IMG/VR virus record: IMGVR_UViG_3300023284_001411
Coordinates: 1-64,000 of that record
Length of the DNA stretch: 64,000 bases
DNA from: a virus
Strand: one strand, 5' to 3'
In this document: piece by piece, positions 9,691 to 18,341 of the stretch
Layout: every line of letters begins with the position of its first letter
Numbering within the stretch: position 1 is the first letter of the stretch
Made by a program: the position numbers and the translations under genes
Notes under the pieces: model-generated
The model's database searches: none
Told to the model about the DNA's origin: nothing
Seen by the model: the letters and a program-made list of their open reading frames with translations, nothing else

Positions 9691-10662
9691 TTAGAACTTT
9701 TTCGAAATAATTGGAATCGCTGTAGGAATGTCGAGGGCCACATCAAGAACGGCAGCCGCTATACCTTCATCCGTAATGGCGCCGATGGCACTGGAGTAGG
9801 TGTTGAGGGCGCCCGGCGCAGTCGCCGTCACTTCGAGCACCTGATCACCAAGGCCGTCCGCAATCGCGGCAGCGTCGAGGGTAGGGGTCGAGTAAGAGGC
9901 TCGCGTACCAGTGCCCATGTAGATCTGGCCGGCGAGAGGTGTTGCGGTATATGTTCCCGCGTCACCCACTGCTCGGATGAAGAAGAAGGGACCCTGGCTG
10001 TTGACCGTGTTCTTGACCCAATCGGTCGGAGCCGTAAAAGTGATGTCGTTGAGGCCAGTCGTTTTGAAATCGGACGTATCGTCGACAACGCCCGGGATCG
10101 TGGTCCATGCCCCATTCCAATACTGCAAGTCGAGAGTATAGGTGCCCGTTCCGACCGTGGTGATGTCGAGCAATACGCGCTCAAAGATGCTGGCCTGGCC
10201 CATGTAAAAGGCGTCGCTCGCTACCGGCGTCGCCGGGAAGAGGTTGACATCGTCCACCGTGGATTCGTTGGCCGGAGTCGTCTCGTCAGTGAAGGACCCG
10301 CCGTCGTCCGCGATAGCGGCCGCAATAGCCGCGCCCTTGAGGCGTTCCCGCAGGGCCGCGCCGATCAGGTTGACGGTATCGGAGGCGATCGCTGTGTAGG
10401 ACACATCGACTACGTCCGCGCCAGAGCCGGTCGGAGGCCGAATACGAGCGCGGTAGACCCAGCCCAGGTAGTCCGAGGCTGATAGGGTTGTGACGTCCGG
10501 GCCGGTGACACCAGTATCATCCCAGTTGGCATCGCCATGGGACTCTGCGGCGGCGAGAGTTCTCGCCTCGGCCAAGGTGTCCGCCTCGATCAGCATGGCC
10601 TTGGTTCCGTCTATGCGAGTCTCGCCCCCGGTCTCCGGAAGTTCGAGAATAAAAATTGCCAT
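9691..10662 (-). CDS. Putative head decoration/structural protein (MAIFILELP..., 323 aa)
   Basis: Start re-called at ATG 10662 (AAGGA SD); immediately after the capsid gene and terminator; acidic, Ala/Thr-rich. Confidence 0.6.
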   Translation of the reverse strand: MAIFILELPETGGETRIDGTKAMLIEADTLAEARTLAAAESHGDANWDDTGVTGPDVTTLSASDYLGWVYRARIRPPTGSGADVVDVSYTAIASDTVNLIGAALRERLKGAAIAAAIADDGGSFTDETTPANESTVDDVNLFPATPVASDAFYMGQASIFERVLLDITTVGTGTYTLDLQYWNGAWTTIPGVVDDTSDFKTTGLNDITFTAPTDWVKNTVNSQGPFFFIRAVGDAGTYTATPLAGQIYMGTGTRASYSTPTLDAAAIADGLGDQVLEVTATAPGALNTYSSAIGAITDEGIAAAVLDVALDIPTAIPIISKKF

Positions 10663-10675
10663 CGTCGGTTTCCTT

Positions 10676-10715
10676 GAAAAAAGAAGGTTGAGTAGGGATC
10701 CGACCCTACTCAACC
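10676..10715 (-). terminator. Rho-independent terminator after the major capsid gene
   Basis: Perfect 12-bp stem GGTTGAGTAGGG/CCCTACTCAACC (10686-10715) followed on the minus strand by TTCTTTTTT. Confidence 0.85.
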
Positions 10716-10726
10716 GTCGGTTAGTG

Positions 10727-11683
10727 TTAGTCAGTGATACCGTCCGCGCAAGCCAGTCCGAGCTCGCTGAACAGCGCGAGGCCCGAATACCACTTGACAC
10801 GGGTGATGGACTCGTCCTTATCCTCGGCTTCGCCGACTTCCACAACCCGGATCCCAGACTCTCTCGAGGCCGTCAGACCTGCGATACCATGTTCGCGGTT
10901 ACCTTCGTCGATCGTGCCGGCGAAGATCGTGGTCTGGGCAGAGCCCGAGCCCTTGGTCTGGGTGATGGGAATGTAGTCGTTTCGAAGAATCGGAATTCGG
11001 CGATACTGCGGAACCTCCTGCCCGCTTGGCAGTTCCATTGTCTGGTTGATGGCCGCCCCGCCCAGAGCACGCAAGAGCTTGAAGTAAGAGTCGATGGTTC
11101 TCTGGTTGAACGTCATGTAGTCCACAGTGCCATCCTTGTCCTTGACAAGGGAAATCAGCTGGTCCATAAACTCAAAGGTCAGCGCGCCACCGTTCGCACC
11201 CGTGGCAACCGTCTGACCGGCGACGCACAAGTTGATGAGACCGTTGAACTGGTTGGTGGCACCGGTACCGTTGATCAGCATGTGCTGATAGACGCGGCCG
11301 ATGTGCTTCGCCTTGGAGGCGACCTGTGTACCCTTCTGGTCGTTGCCGTCACCCGAGCGCGTCGCCTGAATGAGGCCGTTGACCTCGGCGTCACCGATGA
11401 TCGTGGTGAGCGTGGAGGTAACGTTCGTAAACGTCGCGGCGGTCTTACCGTCACTGGACGCATCAATGGGGTTCGTGGTACCCGTTGAAATCTGGGAACC
11501 AACGCCGGCCACGACCACATTACCGAGGGCGTTTTCCCGATTGTACGCGAGAGCGTTGCCGTCGATACCGTCGAAGGGCAAGATCTCGAACATGGGGTTC
11601 ACGGTGATGATGTTCTCGATCACCCCGGTAACGAGTTCGTTTTGAGCCAGCTTTGCGGACTCAACGAGTGTAACTGACGCCAT
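10727..11683 (-). CDS. Major capsid protein (YuA/M6-like)
   Basis: MASVTLVESAKLAQNELVTGVIENIITVN...YNRENALG...RVKWYSGLALFSELGLACADGI closely resembles YuA-like capsid proteins as recalled; follows the scaffold gene. Confidence 0.92.
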   Translation of the reverse strand: MASVTLVESAKLAQNELVTGVIENIITVNPMFEILPFDGIDGNALAYNRENALGNVVVAGVGSQISTGTTNPIDASSDGKTAATFTNVTSTLTTIIGDAEVNGLIQATRSGDGNDQKGTQVASKAKHIGRVYQHMLINGTGATNQFNGLINLCVAGQTVATGANGGALTFEFMDQLISLVKDKDGTVDYMTFNQRTIDSYFKLLRALGGAAINQTMELPSGQEVPQYRRIPILRNDYIPITQTKGSGSAQTTIFAGTIDEGNREHGIAGLTASRESGIRVVEVGEAEDKDESITRVKWYSGLALFSELGLACADGITD

Positions 11684-11790
11684 TTAACCTACTCCTGTAT
11701 GTTGGATGCTTTGAAACCGACCCTCGCCAGTCGGATCACCCGATGGAGTAGGTCCGCCTCTCGTGTACGGATCACCCGAGAGAGGCCCTC
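11684..11790 (-). promoter_or_regulatory. Structured capsid 5' leader (anti-SD stem plus two GUGAU-loop hairpins)
   Basis: ACCTACTCC (11753-11745) is complementary to the SD region GGAGTAGGT (11695-11687). Hairpins TCGG-GTGAT-CCGA (11731-11743) and CGG-GTGAT-CCG (11768-11778). Confidence 0.55.
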
Positions 11791-11846
11791 AATCAAACGT
11801 TTATCTTACCCGGTTCTACAGTAGACGGGTGGAAAATCTTGAAAAA

Positions 11847-12677
11847 TTATCGAGCCCCTGCTTTCTCCTGTGCTCGGAGACCATCCTGAATCTTCTGTAA
11901 GGGGCTCTTGGTATCCTTTTGCCCAGCAGGGATGGGCCTCGCGGACGCGCCCGGGCGCGAGTTTGAACCCGCGGGGGCTTCGGAGGGGAAGAAGATGCCA
12001 AGCCGTTTGTCAGTCTTCATTTCCCGAGCCCGCTCGAGGATCGTCATCGGGTTGCCACTGGCCCCGCTATAGCGGATCGGCAGTTTCCCATCTTCGCCTT
12101 TGACCCCGCTTGGGTCGACCACATATACGTTCAAGCTGCCGTCCTCTTCCTGGACGAAGGTCTCTTTCATGAGTTGGTCCTCCAGGAGGGGGTCGGCCTT
12201 GAGCTCGACGATAGCGCCGCGGATCTCGTTCCCGCGCAAGAGCTTCTCCAGCTGCCCCGAGAGGGCCGTGGTCCGCTTCTCCATGACATCGTGCTTGGCG
12301 TCGTGGCCACGCTGAAGGTCGGCTTTGATCTTATCCAAGTCCTTGACTGCCTGAAGGTCGCCCTTGGTCTTCTTCTCGCCCTTGGCCTCGAGCTCGTTCA
12401 GTTTCTCCTGGATGGCCGTGGCCATCTCCTTGGGGGACTCGCCCCAGGCAGAGAGGGGGGAGAGGTCGACCGTTTTCTTCTTGCCCTGGACCCGAGATTC
12501 TTTTAGGGTCTTGTGTAGGCTGGCAATCGTCGATACCGAGGCCTTGACCTCGGGCGTGTCCTTCAGGGCGAAGGTTTCCTTGCCGCCTTCATCTTCAACA
12601 GGGACATAGAACGAATGGAACTGCTCCGGAACCCCGTCTAACGTTTCAATCTTCGTATTCTGTGCAAAATCAAACAT
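11847..12677 (-). CDS. Capsid scaffolding protein
   Basis: Start re-called at MFDFAQN (GGAG SD); coiled-coil and Lys/Glu-rich; C-terminal SPLQKIQDGL; directly upstream of the capsid gene. Confidence 0.75.
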   Translation of the reverse strand: MFDFAQNTKIETLDGVPEQFHSFYVPVEDEGGKETFALKDTPEVKASVSTIASLHKTLKESRVQGKKKTVDLSPLSAWGESPKEMATAIQEKLNELEAKGEKKTKGDLQAVKDLDKIKADLQRGHDAKHDVMEKRTTALSGQLEKLLRGNEIRGAIVELKADPLLEDQLMKETFVQEEDGSLNVYVVDPSGVKGEDGKLPIRYSGASGNPMTILERAREMKTDKRLGIFFPSEAPAGSNSRPGASARPIPAGQKDTKSPLQKIQDGLRAQEKAGAR

Positions 12678-12750
12678 GAAAATCTCCAGTAGAATCACTC
12701 CACCAGACGGAGGGGATCACCCCCGCCGGTACCCATCGTCCGTCGGCCCG

Positions 12751-12831
12751 TTACCTTTTCTTACCGCCTCTGCCGCCTTTCTTTTTACCTCTGCCGCCTT
12801 TTCGTCTCTCACTGATTGTGTGTTTAGGCAC
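12751..12831 (-). CDS. 26-aa K/R/G-rich micro-protein MPKHTISERRKGGRGKKKGGRGGKKR
   Basis: GTG start overlapping the upstream stop, GGAG SD about 10 nt upstream, TAA at 12751-12753; 12 of 26 residues are K/R. Confidence 0.55.
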   Translation of the reverse strand: MPKHTISERRKGGRGKKKGGRGGKKR

Positions 12832-13144
12832 GTCGCAATTTCTCCAAAAGTTCGTCCTCACCCGCCCAGGCCTTGGCGAACGCTTCCATGACGGCCCGGA
12901 TCGAGTTCCACTTGGTAAAGTCCACGAAAGTTTTATTCACTTGGGCGGCGCTCTCAGCTTCAAGCCGCATCCCTTGCATGTCCATTTCATGCTGATTCTC
13001 GAGTCCGAGGATCTCCAGTTCGTGGGCTCGTGAGCTTTGAACCATCCCATCGATGCCCAGCGCCACGACAATCGTCACCAAGAGGCAGCCCACGACGATC
13101 AGGACCGTCCGCGTAAACCCCCCTAACCACGCCAGGAATCTCAA
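12824..13144 (-). CDS. Membrane-anchored hypothetical protein
   Basis: 106 aa with N-terminal hydrophobic helix (VLIVVGCLLVTIVVALGI). Confidence 0.6.
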   Translation of the reverse strand: MRFLAWLGGFTRTVLIVVGCLLVTIVVALGIDGMVQSSRAHELEILGLENQHEMDMQGMRLEAESAAQVNKTFVDFTKWNSIRAVMEAFAKAWAGEDELLEKLRRA

Positions 13145-14352
13145 TTGAAGTCCTCCGGCTTTAGGCCCGCCTTGACGAATGCCTCCGGCTGGGAGTCCGC
13201 TAACTGGGTCAGCGTGAGCTCGTTCCCCTTCACATCCACGAATTTGTCCACGTCGAGTTCGCCCTTGCGAAAAAGCTTTCCCTTCGTCTGCCCGAGGGCC
13301 TGGTCTTGAAAGGCCGCCGGTTGACGTTTCAGGAATTGATTATAGGTGGTTTTCGAGGGAACGGTTCCAATATTTTCAGAAATCCACTCTCGACGGACCC
13401 GGGAGACCGATTTTCCCGTGTTCCGAGCAATCTTACGGAAGTCAACTTCTCGGAGGCGCCGCGTCCGAGTATCCCTAACAAAGGGTTTTTGGCCCACAAT
13501 TCCGACCCCATCCACGGCGGCAATCATGACCGAGCGGCAGGCCATGTGGGCCGGGGGCCGAGCCCCGGCGGGCTGCAAGGGCGCAAACTCCGCCGGAAGA
13601 GCCCGGCCGCCGACAGTGGTAAACGTCCCATCCCGCGCCCGACAGATCGGGGTTGTCCGGCCGTCGAGCATGGCCGTCCAGCGAATGGCCGAGATCACGT
13701 CGGAATTGGCGTCCCACATCGTCTCTCGGGCTCGGTTCGAGACGTGGTTGACGGCCGTTCGAACAATAGTCTCTGCCTTCCGACGGGTGATGGCCAGGGC
13801 GCCATCCGTGAAGTTCCGTGCCCGAGTACCAGCCACCCGCCTCACAATGGCCGGGATCGACTCCCCCTGGGACATGCCCAGCTGGATCGCTGCACGAAGG
13901 TTTCCCCGGTCGATAGCGGCAAGGTCCATGTACCACTCGCGCAGGAGGCGCCCCTGGAAGGGCCGGCTGAAGACGATCGTCCGGAGCTGTGACGTCTCGA
14001 CCGCGGCGAAGTTGAACTCCACGGGGACGGAGGACCGAATCATTCGCTGTTCGAAATCGACCTCCAGAGGCGCCAGCTTGACGAGGCTCCCGGTTATCTG
14101 GGTCCGGACCTGCTGCATGGCTATCTTCCGAGCGCCGCGAACGTCCGCGAGCAGTCGCCCGAAGCGCTTGGAGCGGAAGTCCGGCGGGGCGTCCCCGAAC
14201 TTGATGAGGCGTAGTCGCAGCATCTCGGTCAGCTCGCGGTCCGCCTTCTCGAGGATCGTCAGGACGCGCCGGACCTCGCCCGACTGGAAGCGCCGGACAC
14301 CGATCTGGTGGCGGACCGAGGCGTCGAATAGGAGTTCATTGGCCGTGGGCAC
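13141..14352 (-). CDS. Head morphogenesis protein (SPP1 gp7 / Mu F family)
   Basis: AETIVRTAVNH, WTAMLDGRTTPICRARDG and PPAHMACRS motifs. Confidence 0.88.
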   Translation of the reverse strand: MPTANELLFDASVRHQIGVRRFQSGEVRRVLTILEKADRELTEMLRLRLIKFGDAPPDFRSKRFGRLLADVRGARKIAMQQVRTQITGSLVKLAPLEVDFEQRMIRSSVPVEFNFAAVETSQLRTIVFSRPFQGRLLREWYMDLAAIDRGNLRAAIQLGMSQGESIPAIVRRVAGTRARNFTDGALAITRRKAETIVRTAVNHVSNRARETMWDANSDVISAIRWTAMLDGRTTPICRARDGTFTTVGGRALPAEFAPLQPAGARPPAHMACRSVMIAAVDGVGIVGQKPFVRDTRTRRLREVDFRKIARNTGKSVSRVRREWISENIGTVPSKTTYNQFLKRQPAAFQDQALGQTKGKLFRKGELDVDKFVDVKGNELTLTQLADSQPEAFVKAGLKPEDFN

Positions 14353-14548
14353 GTGGTTTCAACTTCAAACATTCCGCGTTACACGACCAGACCCCACCGT
14401 CGGGATTCTCGATGTAGCACACCAAATCGCCTCGGTCAATCTTCACCGCCACAATCTCGCCTTCGGCAGGTATGGTTGTTCCATAGCTGTGGGCGAGGGT
14501 TATACGTCCCACCAGATTGGTTGCAAACATTGCCAAGTCCATCATCAC
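14336..14548 (-). CDS. Hypothetical protein
   Basis: 70-aa ORF coupled to neighbours. Confidence 0.45.
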   Translation of the reverse strand: MMMDLAMFATNLVGRITLAHSYGTTIPAEGEIVAVKIDRGDLVCYIENPDGGVWSCNAECLKLKPRAHGQ

Positions 14549-15186
14549 TTCCTCCGCTTTTTAAGTTGTCGTCCCTTCAGCTGGTCCTTCATAACCTCGT
14601 CGATGATGCCCAGTTTCTTCGCCTCCTCGGCGCTGAAGTACCAGGGCTTGTGTGTAGAGAGCTTCTCCTGCCACCACTTTAAGGTGCCGGCGCAGTAGCG
14701 CGCCATTACCTGGGAGTAGATGAGCTCTACCGCTGCTATCTCTTCCTCGTTAGCCTGGTAGTCCGTGCGTTCAAATCGCCCGTCCGGAGTGTCATACGCA
14801 GGGTGGAGCATAAACCTCGTCCGATGGGTCGCGAACCTTTGACCGGGAGTGCCGGCGGCGATGATCGGCACCGCGGCCGACATGCACGCGCCCGTGGCGA
14901 TGGTCGTCAGGTCGTCCACCTCCTCGAAGAGGTCTACGATGGAGTTGGCAGTGTAGCACGAGCCGCCGAGAGAGTTGAGGAAGAGGCGCCGATTCTCCTT
15001 CCCCTTCGCCGCCGGGCCGTCGAGCTTGATCCCTGACTTCAGGAGCCCGTCCCAGAGGAACGAGAACATCCGATCGTCCACGTCGCCGGAGAAGATGAGG
15101 TCGTTCCCTCGTACGGCGGCGTAACCATCCATGTCGTAGGGGTTGTGGGCATCATTCCTCGGCGAACGGATCAATCGCTTCCCCAT
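14545..15186 (-). CDS. clpP: ClpP-family (S14) serine protease, probable prohead protease
   Basis: LFLNSLGGS, TIATGACMSAAVPI (catalytic Ser), RFMLHP and WYFSAEEAKKLGIIDEV. Start uncertain (15186 with AGGAG SD, or 15132). Confidence 0.85.
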   Translation of the reverse strand: MGKRLIRSPRNDAHNPYDMDGYAAVRGNDLIFSGDVDDRMFSFLWDGLLKSGIKLDGPAAKGKENRRLFLNSLGGSCYTANSIVDLFEEVDDLTTIATGACMSAAVPIIAAGTPGQRFATHRTRFMLHPAYDTPDGRFERTDYQANEEEIAAVELIYSQVMARYCAGTLKWWQEKLSTHKPWYFSAEEAKKLGIIDEVMKDQLKGRQLKKRRK

Positions 15187-16675
15187 CCGTGGGTTCTCCT
15201 GTCGGTATGTCCATTGCTGCGGTTTCTTCCTCGAGTTCTTTATCATTCTGATCTTGATCGAACTCATCGCGCAGTGTCGCTCGCCGCTTGAGCTCCTCAA
15301 TAAACTGGATCTTACTGATGTCACGGTTCGTTCGCGAAAACTTCAGGAGCTCGGAGTCACTGTTGATCAACTCCTCGGGGCCGAACTCCGTACTCACGGA
15401 CACGGTCCCTGGGAGGTCGCCATCCGGCCGACTGAGCCATTTCTTCGTAATGAAGAGGGCCGTATTGATGGCGTCGTTGAATCGGATAGTTGCATCCTGT
15501 AGCGGGGAGGTCGCCTCCGCCGAGTCCAGAGCCTTGGCTGTGGCCGTGGTGTCCCCGGGCCGCTTCTTCAGGAAGTCGGCGCCATAGTTTCCCATCTGCT
15601 CTTCCAGGTCGAGGATGTCTTTGCGCCCGGCCTCGATCGCCTTGCCGGTTGGCTCGACGTAGTAAAACCGCCCCCGCGGGTCCGGGGTGAAGAGCGACCG
15701 CTTCGGGCCGACTTCGAAGACGGAATCATCTTCCTGCCCTCCCGACTGGGCCAGCATTGGGAACCGCCCGACCGTTAGGATGCTTATCTGGTCAGAGGTC
15801 GACTGCCAGTGGCGAACGTTGAGATCCACGAGGTCCTCGATCGGGCTCTTACCCATCATGATGCCCGTCCGGTCGGCGTAGAAGGTGACGATAGGGATCT
15901 CATCGATGTCCATCCGCTGGGGTGGGTCCGTCAATACCCACTCCTCCTTCTTCGTCACCGGGTCCCTCATGAAGGTCCAGATGCTAAAGAAGACCCCCGC
16001 GGGGATGATCACTCCCTCGGGAGTGATCGTGTCGAACAGCTCGCGATCAAAAACTCTAATGCGGTCGACAACGGCCTCGGTGAAACCGACGCGGACCACC
16101 TCCTGCTCGCGGATTCGAACGTGGGTCAACACCTCTCGCCCAACGATGATCTCCGCGGAGGCAAAGATCAGATTCTCCGGCGCGATGAAACTCCAGAACG
16201 GCCGCAGGCCGTCGGCTCGGTCGTCGGCCAAGGTTCGCGGGATTTCGTTCCCTTCCTCGTCGGTCCTCGCGAATGGCTGTGGGTGCTCAATCAGCACATG
16301 CCCAAAAGCTTTGGATAGACCTTGCATGAACCAGTTCCGTGCAAAGACGCCGAGAGCATTACCCTGCATGTCGATGTCGTCGAAGAGCTCCTCCAGTTGC
16401 GGCGCCACGTCGTCAGAAGGGAGAATGGGATCGCTAAACGGCCGCCCAACCCAGCTATCAAGGGTCAGCTGCGAGATGTTAAGGAGCGTCGTGACGTTAA
16501 GGCGATCAGTGTAGGCGTTTGGTTTCTCGTTCTCATGTTTGGGGAGCAGTGCCTCCCCGGCGGCTCGCATAGATTCCGTCCCGCCAAGCAAAGTGTCAAC
16601 CTTTCCCCAGGCAGGGGCCATCAGGTCATACGCGGCAGATGTGGTGGAAGGATCTTTCGATTTGTCATGTGGCAT
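15152..16675 (-). CDS. Portal protein (DUF4055-type)
   Basis: 507 aa directly after TerL; LLGGTESMRAAGEALLPKHENE...YTDRL and IPIVTFY...SPIEDLVDLNVRHWQSTSDQ. Confidence 0.88.
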   Translation of the reverse strand: MPHDKSKDPSTTSAAYDLMAPAWGKVDTLLGGTESMRAAGEALLPKHENEKPNAYTDRLNVTTLLNISQLTLDSWVGRPFSDPILPSDDVAPQLEELFDDIDMQGNALGVFARNWFMQGLSKAFGHVLIEHPQPFARTDEEGNEIPRTLADDRADGLRPFWSFIAPENLIFASAEIIVGREVLTHVRIREQEVVRVGFTEAVVDRIRVFDRELFDTITPEGVIIPAGVFFSIWTFMRDPVTKKEEWVLTDPPQRMDIDEIPIVTFYADRTGIMMGKSPIEDLVDLNVRHWQSTSDQISILTVGRFPMLAQSGGQEDDSVFEVGPKRSLFTPDPRGRFYYVEPTGKAIEAGRKDILDLEEQMGNYGADFLKKRPGDTTATAKALDSAEATSPLQDATIRFNDAINTALFITKKWLSRPDGDLPGTVSVSTEFGPEELINSDSELLKFSRTNRDISKIQFIEELKRRATLRDEFDQDQNDKELEEETAAMDIPTGEPTDGEAIDPFAEE

Positions 16676-18138
16676 TAGTCAATCCAGCTCCAACTTTTGG
16701 TTCCTCTCAGTTTCTCACGGCACCGGTAGCGGACCTCATCCGCGATGTGGTCTTCAGCTTCCGTATCGGCATCGTCGGGATCTTTCGTATCGCGTGGCAA
16801 AACCGGAATGGTACGGATGAATTGTTCACAACCCTCGCAGACGAAAAGCCCGGGGTCTTCACGGACCCCTTCCTTCCCCGGGATGGCCGCCTTGAGGAGC
16901 TTCCGCATCTGATCCCAGCCCTGCTTCCTCGAGCCAGGGCCTTTGTCGGCCGGCGTCCAGCGGACCCCGTTCTTTGCCATGTCCCCCGCCACCGACTTTC
17001 CGGGCTCCCACTCATCGAAGATCGAACTATCTGCCGGACCCGGGTGGAACCGCGGCCCCCCGACCTCTCTCCGCGCCACCTCCTTCGCGATGTCCACAGA
17101 AAGCATCCGCAGGCCCCCATTCGGTACCCCGTTCCATCCGTACCACTCGGCAACCCGAATCAGGTCGCCCGGGACGGCGCCAATAGTCCTCGACCCTATC
17201 TTAATCGGTTCTCCGTTAGATTGCGCCCACCAACCCACAGAAAAAGGCGCCGACTGCCCGTGGTCGTAGCTCCGATTGAGCCGCCACCCCTTTGGAATAG
17301 CCGCCATCGGGATGTCGGGGAGAATGTGAAATTCTGGAGCCCAGAGGTCATCGAACATTCCACCAGCGATGATATCCCAGCTGCCATCGATCCAGGCCGC
17401 CCTCTCGGAGGGGTTCCGGGCCGCGGCCTCGATCCGGTGGATGTAGTCCGGGTCAGCCTTCATCAAGATTTTGTTCTCCCTGATGTGCCCGTGGATTGCC
17501 ACCCGCGGCGGGTTGTTTCCGTCGATGACGGTCCGCCCGATGATCTGCCCGTGGGGTGCTGGCAGTCGGAAGCGCGCCTTGACCCAGTTATGGCCCACGC
17601 CATAGGGGTTCGTGGTCGAGCGGTACTTCCGCGGCATGTTTGGGTTCGTGGACCTCGAGCACGACATCATGAGCCGGTAGCATGTGTCGTTGGGCCAGGT
17701 CGTCAGCTCCTCGAACGCGATCCAGGGGTAGGAGTGGCCGTGATATTTGTAGTAGTCGGTATCCCGTTCGATGTGCCGGAGGTAGAGCCGCTCACCCGAG
17801 GGCCAGCCCCAGTACATCTTCGCCTCATTGAATGTGGCAGAGGGGAAGAACTGCGGGAACCACTTCTTCGTCTTGCCGACGACGTCCGCGAGCATCGGAT
17901 ACTGCTGCCGGAACAGGATCCCCACCCAGTCCGCGCCGAAGCCTTTGCCCACGTGTTGGGCGTAGTCCATGATCAACGCGTCCGTCTTCCCGGGGCCGCG
18001 GGTCCCCTCGTAGAGGACCTCAAAGACTGGACACTTGAGAAATGCCTGCTGCGATCCCGGTTGCGCCGCCCACGTTCCAATCGTCTCACCTATAGACGGT
18101 TGGAGATCCTTGTCCCATTGAATCTCGCCCAAACCCAT
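16675..18138 (-). CDS. terL: Terminase large subunit
   Basis: Walker A YEGTRGPGKTD, Walker B IAFEELT, TTNP coupling motif, C-terminal nuclease EDHIADEVRY. Confidence 0.92.
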   Translation of the reverse strand: MGLGEIQWDKDLQPSIGETIGTWAAQPGSQQAFLKCPVFEVLYEGTRGPGKTDALIMDYAQHVGKGFGADWVGILFRQQYPMLADVVGKTKKWFPQFFPSATFNEAKMYWGWPSGERLYLRHIERDTDYYKYHGHSYPWIAFEELTTWPNDTCYRLMMSCSRSTNPNMPRKYRSTTNPYGVGHNWVKARFRLPAPHGQIIGRTVIDGNNPPRVAIHGHIRENKILMKADPDYIHRIEAAARNPSERAAWIDGSWDIIAGGMFDDLWAPEFHILPDIPMAAIPKGWRLNRSYDHGQSAPFSVGWWAQSNGEPIKIGSRTIGAVPGDLIRVAEWYGWNGVPNGGLRMLSVDIAKEVARREVGGPRFHPGPADSSIFDEWEPGKSVAGDMAKNGVRWTPADKGPGSRKQGWDQMRKLLKAAIPGKEGVREDPGLFVCEGCEQFIRTIPVLPRDTKDPDDADTEAEDHIADEVRYRCREKLRGTKSWSWID

Positions 18139-18341
18139 AAAAACCCGTCAACCCTAAATCTTACAATCCCGAAAATCCTCACTCTTCAAATTTTCGATCA
18201 TTCTCTTGAAGTCTTTATTCATTTTCAGCAACTCAGTCATAGCGCCAATGCGATTTGGGGCCGTTCTCAAAAAAGCTAAACTGGGAAGAGCCCGAGCAAA
18301 CAACTCTCGCTCACGTTGTTCTTTTGTTCGCCAGCGCCAGT

